Assembly (NCBI GenBank): GCA_036338285.1
Contig: JAYZCO010000090.1
Span: 79,234 to 143,233 of the forward strand
Reading direction: 5' to 3'
DNA from: Pseudomonadota bacterium
GTDB taxonomy: Bacteria > Pseudomonadota > Gammaproteobacteria > Pseudomonadales > Azotimanducaceae
DNA: 64,000 nucleotides
Numbering within the stretch: position 1 is the first letter of the stretch; each line of letters begins with the position of its first letter. Shown piece after piece: positions 19,019 to 28,467 of the stretch. A program made the position numbers and the translations under genes. A model generated the notes under the pieces. The model was given only the letters and a program-made list of their open reading frames with translations, did not search any database and was not told the origin of the DNA.

Positions 19019-19756
19019 TTATCGTCCCTTCATTGAACTCGGCTTCGGCGACTTGCCGACCGGATCCCTTTGGGTGAAGCGATCGAACCAGGCATCCGCA
19101 TCGTCCTCGAGCCTTGCACGCAACCCGGCTTTAATGCGCATTAAGCCCCCTTCCGGATATTCTGACAACCGTGCTGCAAGAGATCTGGCCACGGCAAGAA
19201 CCTCAGAGTCGTCCACAGCTTTATGCGCAAGTTTCATGCTCTTAAGTTCAGTACCGTTTATCCGCTCTCCCAGCAATGCCAGTTGGGCCATTGTCTGTTC
19301 GTTGTGGCGCAGACTCAGCCACGCCATGTTATAAGGTGCCGCCATCCCGATCTGCACCTCACCTACCTGTAAGAAAGCGTTTTTGCCTACGATCAGGAGG
19401 TCGCAAGCCAATGCCAATGCCGCACCACCGTTGATTGCGTAGCTTTCGAGAGCGCCGACAATGGGCTTTTTGCATTCAAACAGCGCCTTATGTGCAGCAC
19501 GCCAGATGCTCGAAAAGTCGGCAAGCCATGCTGGTGCCGGGTCTCGGTTGAACTCGCCCAGATCGAGCCCCGAACAAAAAGCACCTTCGGCGCCAGACAA
19601 CACAATGACGTTGATGTCATCGCGATCGCTTGCTTCGGTCAGCCGGTCCGCCAGCGCCACACCCAGCGGCCCTGTGATGGCGTTTTTGCGCGCCGGTCGG
19701 TTGAGTATCACCTCACCCACGCCCGATTGAACGTTGAGAAGAACGTCATCGCTCAT
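19019..19756 (-). CDS. Enoyl-CoA hydratase/isomerase family protein
   Basis: LNRPARKNA, AFCSGLDL and AINGGAALALACD. Confidence 0.92.
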   Translation of the reverse strand: MSDDVLLNVQSGVGEVILNRPARKNAITGPLGVALADRLTEASDRDDINVIVLSGAEGAFCSGLDLGEFNRDPAPAWLADFSSIWRAAHKALFECKKPIVGALESYAINGGAALALACDLLIVGKNAFLQVGEVQIGMAAPYNMAWLSLRHNEQTMAQLALLGERINGTELKSMKLAHKAVDDSEVLAVARSLAARLSEYPEGGLMRIKAGLRARLEDDADAWFDRFTQRDPVGKSPKPSSMKGR

Positions 19757-19819
19757 GCATCACCTATTACTATAAGACATCAAACACAGGCCCCCGAGAT
19801 TACCATTGTGGATCCGATT

Positions 19820-21481
19820 TTACTCCGGTGCCTGAGTCAGTTCCGGTTCTGATCCCATCATAATGAATTCCCACGGTGAAGTTTCGCTGCCGCGAGGTGT
19901 GGTCACATCAATGACAACCGGTTGGTCATCCGCGAGTGCTTTCTCAAGTACGGGTTTGAGAGCAGACGGCGAATCAACACGGTAGCCCGCTGCGCCAAAG
20001 GATTCGGCAAGTTGCACGAAGTCAGGGTTGTGCAGGTCCGCCCCGACCAGACGTCCCTCGTATGCGCGCATCTGATCGCGACGTACATTGGCAAAGGAGG
20101 CATTGTTGAAAATGAGTGTCACCACCCCGATGTTGTGCGCCACGGCCGTTGACAGTTCCTGCACACCAAACATAAAACCGCCATCACCAGTCACGCACAC
20201 CACCGCTTTGTCTGGGCACGCAACTTTTACACCAAGTGCCGTTTGAAAACCGAAACCAAGGGTGCCCTGGTAGCCCTCAGTGACATACGTACGCGGAGCA
20301 TAGACAGGAAAGCCGTAGTAGGAGGTGAAGCCCATTTGAGAAAGTTCAGGGACAAACAATCCATCTTTGGGGAGCACTTCACGAATGACATCCAAGTACG
20401 CCATCTGCGGCTGAATTTTGCTGATCATTCGACGTGCATCCGCTTTCGCTTTGGCGACAAGCTGGAGGTTGTTGCCTGATGATCCTTCTAGGGCAGACGC
20501 CAGCGCCGTGCATGCAACGGCCGCATCCGCAACGATCCCAATATCGGGCTCAAATCGGGTCATCTCTTCCGGATCAATATCGATGCGTATCAGTTTCGGT
20601 CCACTGCCCGGTCGTTTTTCATAGGTATTCATATCACGCCAACGCATGTAAATCATTTCAAGGCGCGAACCGATGCCAACCACCACATCGACCTCTTTAA
20701 ACAGCAGCCGCGCCGCAACCGATGAAACGCCGAGAGGATGATCTTCACTCACGATACCCCGCCCGCTGCGAAACGCAGTAACCGGCGCACCCAACTTTTC
20801 TGCAAGATTCAATACCTCAGCCGATGCATGCTGTGCACCCTGCCCACACATAATAAGAGGACACTTCGCCTGACTGAGAAGCTGAGCAGCCGATTCGATT
20901 TCAACCTCATCAACCGCCAGGGAAGCCACCTCCCCGGCGCCCGCTCCGATGAAAAGGTCCTCGAACTCCTCCGCCATCGTGTCCCAGCACATTTCTACCG
21001 AAACCGGTCCGGGACGGCCGCCGCGCATCGTCCGAAACGCTCGATTCATCACATCGCCAGTGTCTCGTGGATCCTCAATGTGTAACGCGTCTTTAATGAC
21101 TGAACGCAGCGTCCCACTCTGGTCGGGTAGCTCGTGCAGATGTCCGCGCCCACTGCCGAGAAACTGACTCGGAACCTGACCTGTCAGGCACAAAACAGGA
21201 CTGCATGTACCCATGGCGGTACACAGGGCTGCTGTGGTATTCAAAACACCGGGGCCGGGTACCACGGCAAAGGCACCGGGGCGACCAGTGGCCTTTGCAT
21301 AGCCAAGCGCCATGTATGCTGCACCCTGTTCGTGGCGCGTGGTGATGACGTTTAAGCCCAGACGTGCCATGGCATCGTACATGGGATAAATCTGCGCCCC
21401 AGGAATGCCAAAAACCGTATCAATGCCATTCGCGATAGCCGCGCGAATCATTGCCTCACCGCCGGTCATCGTCTGTCCCAT
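19820..21481 (-). CDS. Thiamine-diphosphate-dependent enzyme (acetolactate synthase large-subunit-like)
   Basis: VFGIPG, RHEQGAAYMALGYAKATG and the ThDP motif GDGGF...NN. Confidence 0.9.
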   Translation of the reverse strand: MGQTMTGGEAMIRAAIANGIDTVFGIPGAQIYPMYDAMARLGLNVITTRHEQGAAYMALGYAKATGRPGAFAVVPGPGVLNTTAALCTAMGTCSPVLCLTGQVPSQFLGSGRGHLHELPDQSGTLRSVIKDALHIEDPRDTGDVMNRAFRTMRGGRPGPVSVEMCWDTMAEEFEDLFIGAGAGEVASLAVDEVEIESAAQLLSQAKCPLIMCGQGAQHASAEVLNLAEKLGAPVTAFRSGRGIVSEDHPLGVSSVAARLLFKEVDVVVGIGSRLEMIYMRWRDMNTYEKRPGSGPKLIRIDIDPEEMTRFEPDIGIVADAAVACTALASALEGSSGNNLQLVAKAKADARRMISKIQPQMAYLDVIREVLPKDGLFVPELSQMGFTSYYGFPVYAPRTYVTEGYQGTLGFGFQTALGVKVACPDKAVVCVTGDGGFMFGVQELSTAVAHNIGVVTLIFNNASFANVRRDQMRAYEGRLVGADLHNPDFVQLAESFGAAGYRVDSPSALKPVLEKALADDQPVVIDVTTPRGSETSPWEFIMMGSEPELTQAPE

Positions 21482-21514
21482 GAACGCCTCCTCGTTTACT
21501 TCCCTAAGCTAAAA

Positions 21515-22390
21515 CTACACTAACAACCATATCCCCACGACGACCAGCACGATGCCGATCAACTCACGGCTTTTTAGCCGCTCGCCCAGTAACCAGATTG
21601 AGCTCATCACCGTAAAAAGCAGTTCCACCTGACCGACGGCGCGAACCACTGCCGCATTTTTGAGGGTCATGGCCGTGAACCAACCGACTGAGGCAACCGA
21701 GCCAATCAGACCGACCCACACGGCAATCTTCCAGGCGCCGAGCACGCGCCGGATTTGATCCGGTTCCCGCACGGCTAAATAACTTCCCATCAGAACCATC
21801 TGGATCGTTACCGAGACCATAACGGTCAATCCAGCGCGCTGAAGATAACCCCCTGCATCGAGCGCAAGGCTCGCCCCTCTGAATCCCACCGCTGAGATTG
21901 CAAATCCAGTGGCCGCTAAAATGCCCAGCAGCATGGTTCGATCAGGGTGCAGAAGATCTCGTAAGCGCAGGTTACCCGAAAGAAGTACCACACCAATGAG
22001 GCTGACGCCAATCCCCGCCAAAACCCAAGCATCCACGGTGTCTCCCAGGAGCACTAAGCCAACAAGCGCAGCCTGTGCAGCTTCAGTTTTTGAGTAGGCT
22101 GTGCCGACGGCGAAATTTTGACTCGTAAACGATGCTAACAAATAGGACGTCGCGACTATCTGTGCGATCGCACCCGTGACCACATACACAAAGAACGTAT
22201 TGTTGAATCCCTGGGGAGATCCGTCCCAAAGGTAAAGCGCATAAATCCAGGCAAATGGCACCGCATACAGAAAGCGCACGTATGATGCGCCGTTGACAGA
22301 CAACTCACCGGTCAGTCGTTTCTGCAATAGCGAACGCGCGTTCTGTAGAAATGCAGCGACGATGGTAATCGCAAACCAGAGTTCCATCAC
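21515..22390 (-). CDS. DMT/EamA-family membrane transporter
   Basis: About 10 hydrophobic helices; AAFLQNARS, YSKTE and GQVELLF. Confidence 0.85.
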   Translation of the reverse strand: MMELWFAITIVAAFLQNARSLLQKRLTGELSVNGASYVRFLYAVPFAWIYALYLWDGSPQGFNNTFFVYVVTGAIAQIVATSYLLASFTSQNFAVGTAYSKTEAAQAALVGLVLLGDTVDAWVLAGIGVSLIGVVLLSGNLRLRDLLHPDRTMLLGILAATGFAISAVGFRGASLALDAGGYLQRAGLTVMVSVTIQMVLMGSYLAVREPDQIRRVLGAWKIAVWVGLIGSVASVGWFTAMTLKNAAVVRAVGQVELLFTVMSSIWLLGERLKSRELIGIVLVVVGIWLLV

Positions 22391-22608
22391 TTTCTCGGGG
22401 CATAAAGTCCTTCATTCTAGCCTCGAAAAAGGAAATAATGACCATTGACGACTTTGACCGCTATTAAACCTTTGATTGACAATAAAGATCGGCCCGAATA
22501 AAAGATTCAAATAGCTAATCCGTTTTCAGGGCATATACTATTGCCTGGTCACGCAAACGTGTGGCTCGGGAAGTACACATAAACACTAACTATGGAGTTC
22601 AGGACAAC

Positions 22609-23025
22609 ATGGATCTAAAGGACAGCAACACTTTGCAAAATCTGAAAGACGCCTTTGCGGGTGAGTCTCAGGCAAACCGTCGCTACCTCTACTTCGCAGC
22701 CAAAGCCGATGTAGAAGGGGAAAACGACGTCGCTACCGTATTCCGCTCAACCGCGGAAGGCGAAACCGGTCACGCTCATGGCCACCTTGAGTATATGGAA
22801 GCAGTCGGAGATCCGGCTACGGGCCTGCCCATCGGTAATACCAGTGCCAACCTGGCTGCTGCCGTCGCCGGTGAAACGCACGAGTACACAGACATGTACC
22901 CAGGGATGGCGAAGACCGCACGTGACGAAGGCTTTGATGAAATCGCCGATTGGTTCGAAACGCTGGCAAAAGCAGAACGTTCGCACGCTAATCGCTTCCA
23001 GAAAGCTCTGGATGGCATGGAGTAA
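22609..23025 (+). CDS. rbr: Short rubrerythrin (no rubredoxin domain)
   Basis: [35 protein letters not shown] and AERSHA di-iron ligands. ATG at 22609 follows AGGA. Confidence 0.93.
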   Translation: MDLKDSNTLQNLKDAFAGESQANRRYLYFAAKADVEGENDVATVFRSTAEGETGHAHGHLEYMEAVGDPATGLPIGNTSANLAAAVAGETHEYTDMYPGMAKTARDEGFDEIADWFETLAKAERSHANRFQKALDGME

Positions 23026-23041
23026 CAAAGACGGCTCGTAT

Positions 23042-23069
23042 AAAAGGGGCTAAGTGCCCCTTTTCTTTT
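23042..23069 (+). terminator. Hairpin/terminator after rubrerythrin
   Basis: AAAAAGGGGC-TAAGT-GCCCCTTTTCTTTT. Confidence 0.75.
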
Positions 23070-23146
23070 GCCAAGCCGATGACCATCACCCTAGGCATGA
23101 CATTTCTTGCCCCTGGCTTTAAAGCCGTTAACGCGGAGGTTGGACC

Positions 23147-24472
23147 ATGACTGTTCGAGAAGGCAGTTTAGAAGCACCCGCTCGCCAACCTCTCGACTGG
23201 CAGAGCAAGTCTTTCTACGACAAGGAAGACCTCTATCAGGAGTTGGAACGGATCTATGATATCTGTCACGGCTGCCGACGATGCGTCAGTTTGTGCGATT
23301 CATTTCCTACACTGTTTGACCTGATCGATGAATCGGAAACGTTCGAAGTAGATGGCGTGGATAAGAACGATTACATGAAGGTAGTCGACCAATGCTTTCT
23401 TTGCGACTTGTGCGCCGAAACCAAGTGTCCATATCTGCCACCCCACGAATGGGCCGTCGACTTTCCCCACCTCATGCTCCGCGCCAAGGCCCATCGATTC
23501 AAACAGGGGGATACCAAGTGGCGGGATCGGCTCATTACCTCTACCGACCCGATCTTCGACACGCTTTCATCTCCGCTTATTGCACGCATGGCGAACGCGG
23601 CGGCAGCGTCAAAAACGTTGCGTAAGGCCGGGCAATGGATTAGCGGGATCCATGCCGAAGCACCGCTGCCACATTTTGAAAAAAGGGCACTCAGTAAAAC
23701 AATTGGTGACAGTCCCGTCGAAAAAGTGACCTCAACGCCCTCCACTACGGGCAAAGTTGCAATTTACGTGACGTGTTATGGCGACCACAACGAACCACAG
23801 GTGGTGGAGGATTTGATCACGGTCCTCGTACACAACAGCGTCGAAGTACGTGTTCTCAAAGACGCCAAATGCTGCGGCATGCCGAAGCTCGAACTGGGCG
23901 ATCTTAATAAAGTGGCCAGGCTTAAGGATGCCAACCTTCCAACCTTTCTAAGCGCAATCGACGCCGGCTTTGACATCATCGCAGCTGTACCGTCGTGCGT
24001 CCTCATGTACAAACAGGAACTTCCTCTGATGTTTTCCGAAGACAAGGACGTTGCCAAAGTAAAAAAAGCATTCTTTGACCCATTTGAATATCTGATGCGG
24101 CGACACAAAGAAGGTCAACTTTCGACTGATTTCCAACACAGCCTGGGTAAAGTCGCCTATCACGTCGCGTGCCACCAACGTGTACAGAGTTTCGGCATGA
24201 AGACACGCGACTTTCTCGAACTGATACCGGATACACAGGTTACTCCGATCGAACGCTGTTCCGGTCACGATGGTACCTACGCCGTCAAAGCCGAGACGTA
24301 CGATAAGGCGATGAAAATAGCCCGACCGGTTGTTCGTCGGGTGACTGAGTGCCAACCCGATACTTTCGGTTCCGACTGCCCCATGGCAGGACGTTTGATT
24401 GCCCATGGTATGGAAGGAGAACAAGTTCCCCAACACCCCATATCCATGGTTCGTCAGGCATATGGTATATAA
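23147..24472 (+). CDS. Rubrerythrin-associated Fe-S oxidoreductase (HdrC-like plus CCG domains)
   Basis: CHGCRRCVSLC and CFLCDLC...CP ferredoxin motifs; CCGMP, CSGHDG and SDCPMA. Confidence 0.88.
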   Translation: MTVREGSLEAPARQPLDWQSKSFYDKEDLYQELERIYDICHGCRRCVSLCDSFPTLFDLIDESETFEVDGVDKNDYMKVVDQCFLCDLCAETKCPYLPPHEWAVDFPHLMLRAKAHRFKQGDTKWRDRLITSTDPIFDTLSSPLIARMANAAAASKTLRKAGQWISGIHAEAPLPHFEKRALSKTIGDSPVEKVTSTPSTTGKVAIYVTCYGDHNEPQVVEDLITVLVHNSVEVRVLKDAKCCGMPKLELGDLNKVARLKDANLPTFLSAIDAGFDIIAAVPSCVLMYKQELPLMFSEDKDVAKVKKAFFDPFEYLMRRHKEGQLSTDFQHSLGKVAYHVACHQRVQSFGMKTRDFLELIPDTQVTPIERCSGHDGTYAVKAETYDKAMKIARPVVRRVTECQPDTFGSDCPMAGRLIAHGMEGEQVPQHPISMVRQAYGI

Positions 24473-24481
24473 AAGGTCATC

Positions 24482-25060
24482 ATGACACTGACGCGCGCAG
24501 ACTTGTGGAGCCTTGAAGAGTACGCCGAAAGGCGGGAAACCTTTCGCAACAAAATCATCGCGCACAAGAAAATTAGGCGAGTGTACCTGGGCGCACACGC
24601 CACCCTCTGCTTTGAAGACGCTCTGACGATGAGATATCAGATCCAGGAAATGCTTCGGGTGGAGAAAATCTTCACAGCAAACGAAATTGAGGAAGAGCTC
24701 CAAGCCTACACGCCGCTGATCCCGGACGGCACCAATTGGAAAGCAACCTTTATGATCGAATATGCTGAAGAACAGGAAAGACGTGAGGCCCTGGCACGCA
24801 TGCAGGGCATTGAGCACGAAGTCTGGGTCGCACCGGCAGGCAGTTCGAAGATATTTGCCACCGCCAACGAAGACATGGAACGTTCAAACGACGAAAAAAC
24901 CGCAGCCGTTCATTTTTTACGTTTTGAGTTCGACAGCGCCTCGGCCGAACGGATAAAAGCTGGTGCCGAGATCGAACTGGGGATCGATCATGCGGAGCTA
25001 CCTTACCGGATCAAAATGGACGAGCCCACTCGCGCAAGCCTTGCCAGCGACTTGAGCTGA
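24482..25060 (+). CDS. DUF3501 family protein
   Basis: YQIQEMLRVE, YTPLIP, WKATFMIEY and KTAAVHFLRF; the usual third gene of this cluster. Confidence 0.88.
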   Translation: MTLTRADLWSLEEYAERRETFRNKIIAHKKIRRVYLGAHATLCFEDALTMRYQIQEMLRVEKIFTANEIEEELQAYTPLIPDGTNWKATFMIEYAEEQERREALARMQGIEHEVWVAPAGSSKIFATANEDMERSNDEKTAAVHFLRFEFDSASAERIKAGAEIELGIDHAELPYRIKMDEPTRASLASDLS

Positions 25061-25235
25061 CCCACAGCAGACAATAAAAGATTGCAATGCCGATAAAGTG
25101 AAATATCGGAGACCAATGCGAGACCCCACATCATCCTACTGAAAAGAGTTTGCGACTTACCTTGCTAATATACTGAGCGGGGTAAACGATCATGTCAGCC
25201 TTTGGCGCCATCGTCGCAGCCAAGCCAACAACAGG

Positions 25236-26474
25236 TTATCCAGGTGTTGATATAACAGCGGTTGACAGCATCGCATAAAGCAAAACGTCAGCCCCCTTCG
25301 CTGCCTGATCTGCGCTGATATTTTCGGCTTCGTTGTGACTCAGACCCTCATCGCACGGAATAAAGATCATAGAGACCGGCGCGACCGATGCAATGTTACA
25401 TGCATCATGGCCGGCGCCAGAGACCATTTCAATCGCTTGTAAACCGGTCGCTTCCGCGGCCTCCCGAACCGCCTGGATACAGATTGTATCGAACACCACG
25501 CCCGGTGCTTCCCAGACCCGTCCACCGTCCCAATCCAGCTTGAACTTATCCGCAGCATCGTCAATCGCCGCGTCCACTGCCTGTTGCATATTGTGATATG
25601 CAGTGCCCTGCGGGTGTCTTAAATCCAGCGTTAGTTCGACTCTGCCAGGCACGGTATTAGGCGAACCAGGAGTGGCATGAATGTAGCCAAAAGTAACACG
25701 TCCATCTGGCTGGTATTGCTCTGCAAGCGCATAGGTTTGAGACACGAATTCAGCCGCTGCCATCATAGGATCTCGCCGCATGGACATAGGCGACGGTCCA
25801 GCATGAGTTTCCTGACCGATAAAGCCGATCCGATAGCGGCACATGTGCTGAACACCCGTCACAACCCCTATCGGTTTGTCCTCAGCTTCCAGTATCGGAC
25901 CCTGCTCAATATGCAACTCAAATGCTGCCTGTATAGAGTGGTCAGGTTCGAAATTTCCTTTCAACCCCAGCCTATCCAATTCTTGTTCCACACTGATGCC
26001 ATCTAGGTCTTTGAGTGCATAGGCATCTTCCAATGGCAATGTGCCACTCCAAACCGCGGAACCCATCATGGCACAATCAAAACGACTACCCTCTTCGTTG
26101 GTCCAGACAACAACTTCGATTGGGTGGTTCGTCTCAACGTTATAGTCGTTCAGGGTTTCTATGACTTCGAGCGCCGCCAGCACCCCGTAAACACCGTCGA
26201 ATTTACCGCCGGTTGGCTGTGTATCGAGGTGACTGCCACTCAAGACCGGCGGCATGCTTTCGTTTTTACCCTGACGGCGTGCAAAAATATTACCAATTGC
26301 ATCCCGACGAATTTCACATCCCGCCTGTTCGCACCAGGCTTCAAAGAGTTTCCGGCCGGCATGGTCTTCATCGCTCAGGGCCTGACGATTACTGCCTCCA
26401 GCTTCAGTCGCGCCAACGACAGCCATGTCCATCAGACGTTGCCAGAGACGTTTGCCATCGACAGATATATTCAT
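25236..26474 (-). CDS. M20 Zn-dependent amidohydrolase (N-carbamoyl-amino acid hydrolase/beta-ureidopropionase-like)
   Basis: GSHLDTQPTGGKFDG, WTNEEG, ELHIEQGP, SGAGHDA and GLSHNEAE. Confidence 0.92.
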   Translation of the reverse strand: MNISVDGKRLWQRLMDMAVVGATEAGGSNRQALSDEDHAGRKLFEAWCEQAGCEIRRDAIGNIFARRQGKNESMPPVLSGSHLDTQPTGGKFDGVYGVLAALEVIETLNDYNVETNHPIEVVVWTNEEGSRFDCAMMGSAVWSGTLPLEDAYALKDLDGISVEQELDRLGLKGNFEPDHSIQAAFELHIEQGPILEAEDKPIGVVTGVQHMCRYRIGFIGQETHAGPSPMSMRRDPMMAAAEFVSQTYALAEQYQPDGRVTFGYIHATPGSPNTVPGRVELTLDLRHPQGTAYHNMQQAVDAAIDDAADKFKLDWDGGRVWEAPGVVFDTICIQAVREAAEATGLQAIEMVSGAGHDACNIASVAPVSMIFIPCDEGLSHNEAENISADQAAKGADVLLYAMLSTAVISTPG

Positions 26475-26643
26475 TTCGAATCAACATCACCGCTTACGAT
26501 CCATCCATTCTATTAATCGACCGTCATAGATGCGACACCCCTGTCCAATACCCCACCCCATCGACGAGACAGTGCACGCCTGTCACGTGCATCCTGTCGG
26601 CCAGCCGTGTTAGTTTGCGGGCAATGGACAAAGGCAGGATTCG

Positions 26644-27816
26644 ATGTCCGACTTGAACAAGTCTTTAGAAGCAGACATAGCATGCTGGGACCAGTTGACG
26701 ACAACAGACTCAGCCGATCCTTTCGCGGCTGATTTTCCGCCCCACCGCAGAACCGGCTCACCAGGCGACCGTGCAACCGATCAATGGCTGGTCGCCGAAC
26801 TGAGTTCGCTCGGACTTTCGCCCACGATCTCTGAGTACCCATTCAACCAGCTCAACGTCAGATCATCCTGGATCGAGGTGGGCACAGTACGCATCCCCGC
26901 AGTCCCTATGTACGATACTGCAGACATGCAGGTGGATTTCAGCGCGCGCGCGGGGAAGGACCTTCTCATCTTGCCCTGCGCGCCACAGGATCACCACCCT
27001 TCAACGAGCGCTGTTCTACGGGCCCGCTCGCAAAGCCATGTTAAAGCCATTATTGCCATGAGTAGTGCTGAGACCGTTGCACCCGGCCTCGCCCTCGTAA
27101 ACTCAGAGTCGTTCACTAAACCTGTGCATCTACCCGTTTTACAAGTTGGTTCGGAAAATTCGCATATGTTAAACAGCGCGCTGGAAAAACAGGCACCCAT
27201 CCGCTGCCATCTGCATATAGAGCGCGAACAAACAGTCGCAACAAATGTCGAAGTACGTATTGCAGGTGAAAAACCTGATTACGCGCCCTGGATCGTGATG
27301 ACGCCAAAAAGTTCCTGGTGGACGAGTACGGCTGAGCGTATCGGTGGCATTGTTGTCTGGCTCGCACTCGCTCGGGCCTTCAGCCAGCGGTCACCTCAAC
27401 ACCCAGTGATCTTCACAGCCAACAGCGGCCACGAACTAAGCCATCTTGGTATGCAACATTTTCTCAAAACCAATGCCGACTGGGTTGCAGGTGCAGCAGG
27501 ATGGCTGCATCTTGGCGCCAATTTCGCCGCTCGCGGCGGGCGGGCACAACTGCAAGCATCAGCACAGGCCGACCTTGATGCATTGGTTAGGGCGCTGGCC
27601 GAGAACGGGATTCACAACTGCACACAGACTCCGATCGGCAACAGGCCATTTGGCGAAGCACGCAATGTGCATGACCAGGCGGGTCGCTATATATCAATCA
27701 TCGGTAGCAATGAATGGTTCCACCATCCCGGTGATCGCTATCCCAAAAGCGTCGACACAGAGCAGACAGCCCGTTTCGTACAGGCCTTCGTTGACCTTGG
27801 ACGCGCACTCATCTAG
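26644..27816 (+). CDS. Hypothetical protein with a degenerate M28-peptidase-like fold
   Basis: HRRTGSPGD, ATNVEVRIAG, VIFTANSGHEL and WFHHPGD resemble the M28 layout, but the canonical Zn motifs are altered. Confidence 0.6.
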   Translation: MSDLNKSLEADIACWDQLTTTDSADPFAADFPPHRRTGSPGDRATDQWLVAELSSLGLSPTISEYPFNQLNVRSSWIEVGTVRIPAVPMYDTADMQVDFSARAGKDLLILPCAPQDHHPSTSAVLRARSQSHVKAIIAMSSAETVAPGLALVNSESFTKPVHLPVLQVGSENSHMLNSALEKQAPIRCHLHIEREQTVATNVEVRIAGEKPDYAPWIVMTPKSSWWTSTAERIGGIVVWLALARAFSQRSPQHPVIFTANSGHELSHLGMQHFLKTNADWVAGAAGWLHLGANFAARGGRAQLQASAQADLDALVRALAENGIHNCTQTPIGNRPFGEARNVHDQAGRYISIIGSNEWFHHPGDRYPKSVDTEQTARFVQAFVDLGRALI

Positions 27817-27819
27817 GCC

Positions 27820-28467
27820 ATGCCCATCCTGACCACCTACGAAGATGATGATATCTGGGTCTTTGATAAACCCTCCGGTATCTCAATGCTACGGGACCGA
27901 AGTGGTGCGCAAGACCTCTGGAGCCAAATTTCAGCCCGAACAGAAAAGCCTTACCTAATCCATCGCCTCGACAAAGGAACTTCCGGCGTATTGATCGTCG
28001 CTAAGAATCTCGCCACGCAAAAAAAACTCACTCGGGCTTTTCACGCACGCAAAGTGACCAAGTACTATGTGGCACGGGTCTCAGGCACCCCACCTGCGGG
28101 GACCCACATCGTCGACCTGCCTTTGTGTAAAGGCCGCAAAAGTCGGTATCGCATCGCAGGAGAACGCGCTGACATCTCTTTGAACGCCCAGCGTTTCACA
28201 GTCACCCAAAATCGCCAAGGCGTAAACGCTCAAACCACATTCCGCCGTTTTAAAGTCATAGGCAACGACTCAATCGTCCTTCTGCATCCGGCCACTGGAC
28301 GTACTCATCAGTTGCGTGTCCATCTCGCATGGCTCGGCTGGCCTATCGTTGGTGACCATCTATACCATGGAGCAGACGCAGAACGCTTGCTATTGCATGC
28401 CCACTACCTGAAGGTACCCGGGTGGCAACCCTTTAAATTAAAACTACCTGGATCTTTCTATGCCTGA
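27820..28467 (+). CDS. RluA-family pseudouridine synthase
   Basis: DKPSG, HRLDKGTSG, TGRTHQLRVH, IVGDHLY and LLLHA. Confidence 0.93.
   Translation: MPILTTYEDDDIWVFDKPSGISMLRDRSGAQDLWSQISARTEKPYLIHRLDKGTSGVLIVAKNLATQKKLTRAFHARKVTKYYVARVSGTPPAGTHIVDLPLCKGRKSRYRIAGERADISLNAQRFTVTQNRQGVNAQTTFRRFKVIGNDSIVLLHPATGRTHQLRVHLAWLGWPIVGDHLYHGADAERLLLHAHYLKVPGWQPFKLKLPGSFYA

Noticed and set aside
23948-24817. 289-aa antisense ORF and the many other overlapping ORFs in the track
   Set aside because: They overlap well-supported genes, antisense or out of frame, and have no family motifs.
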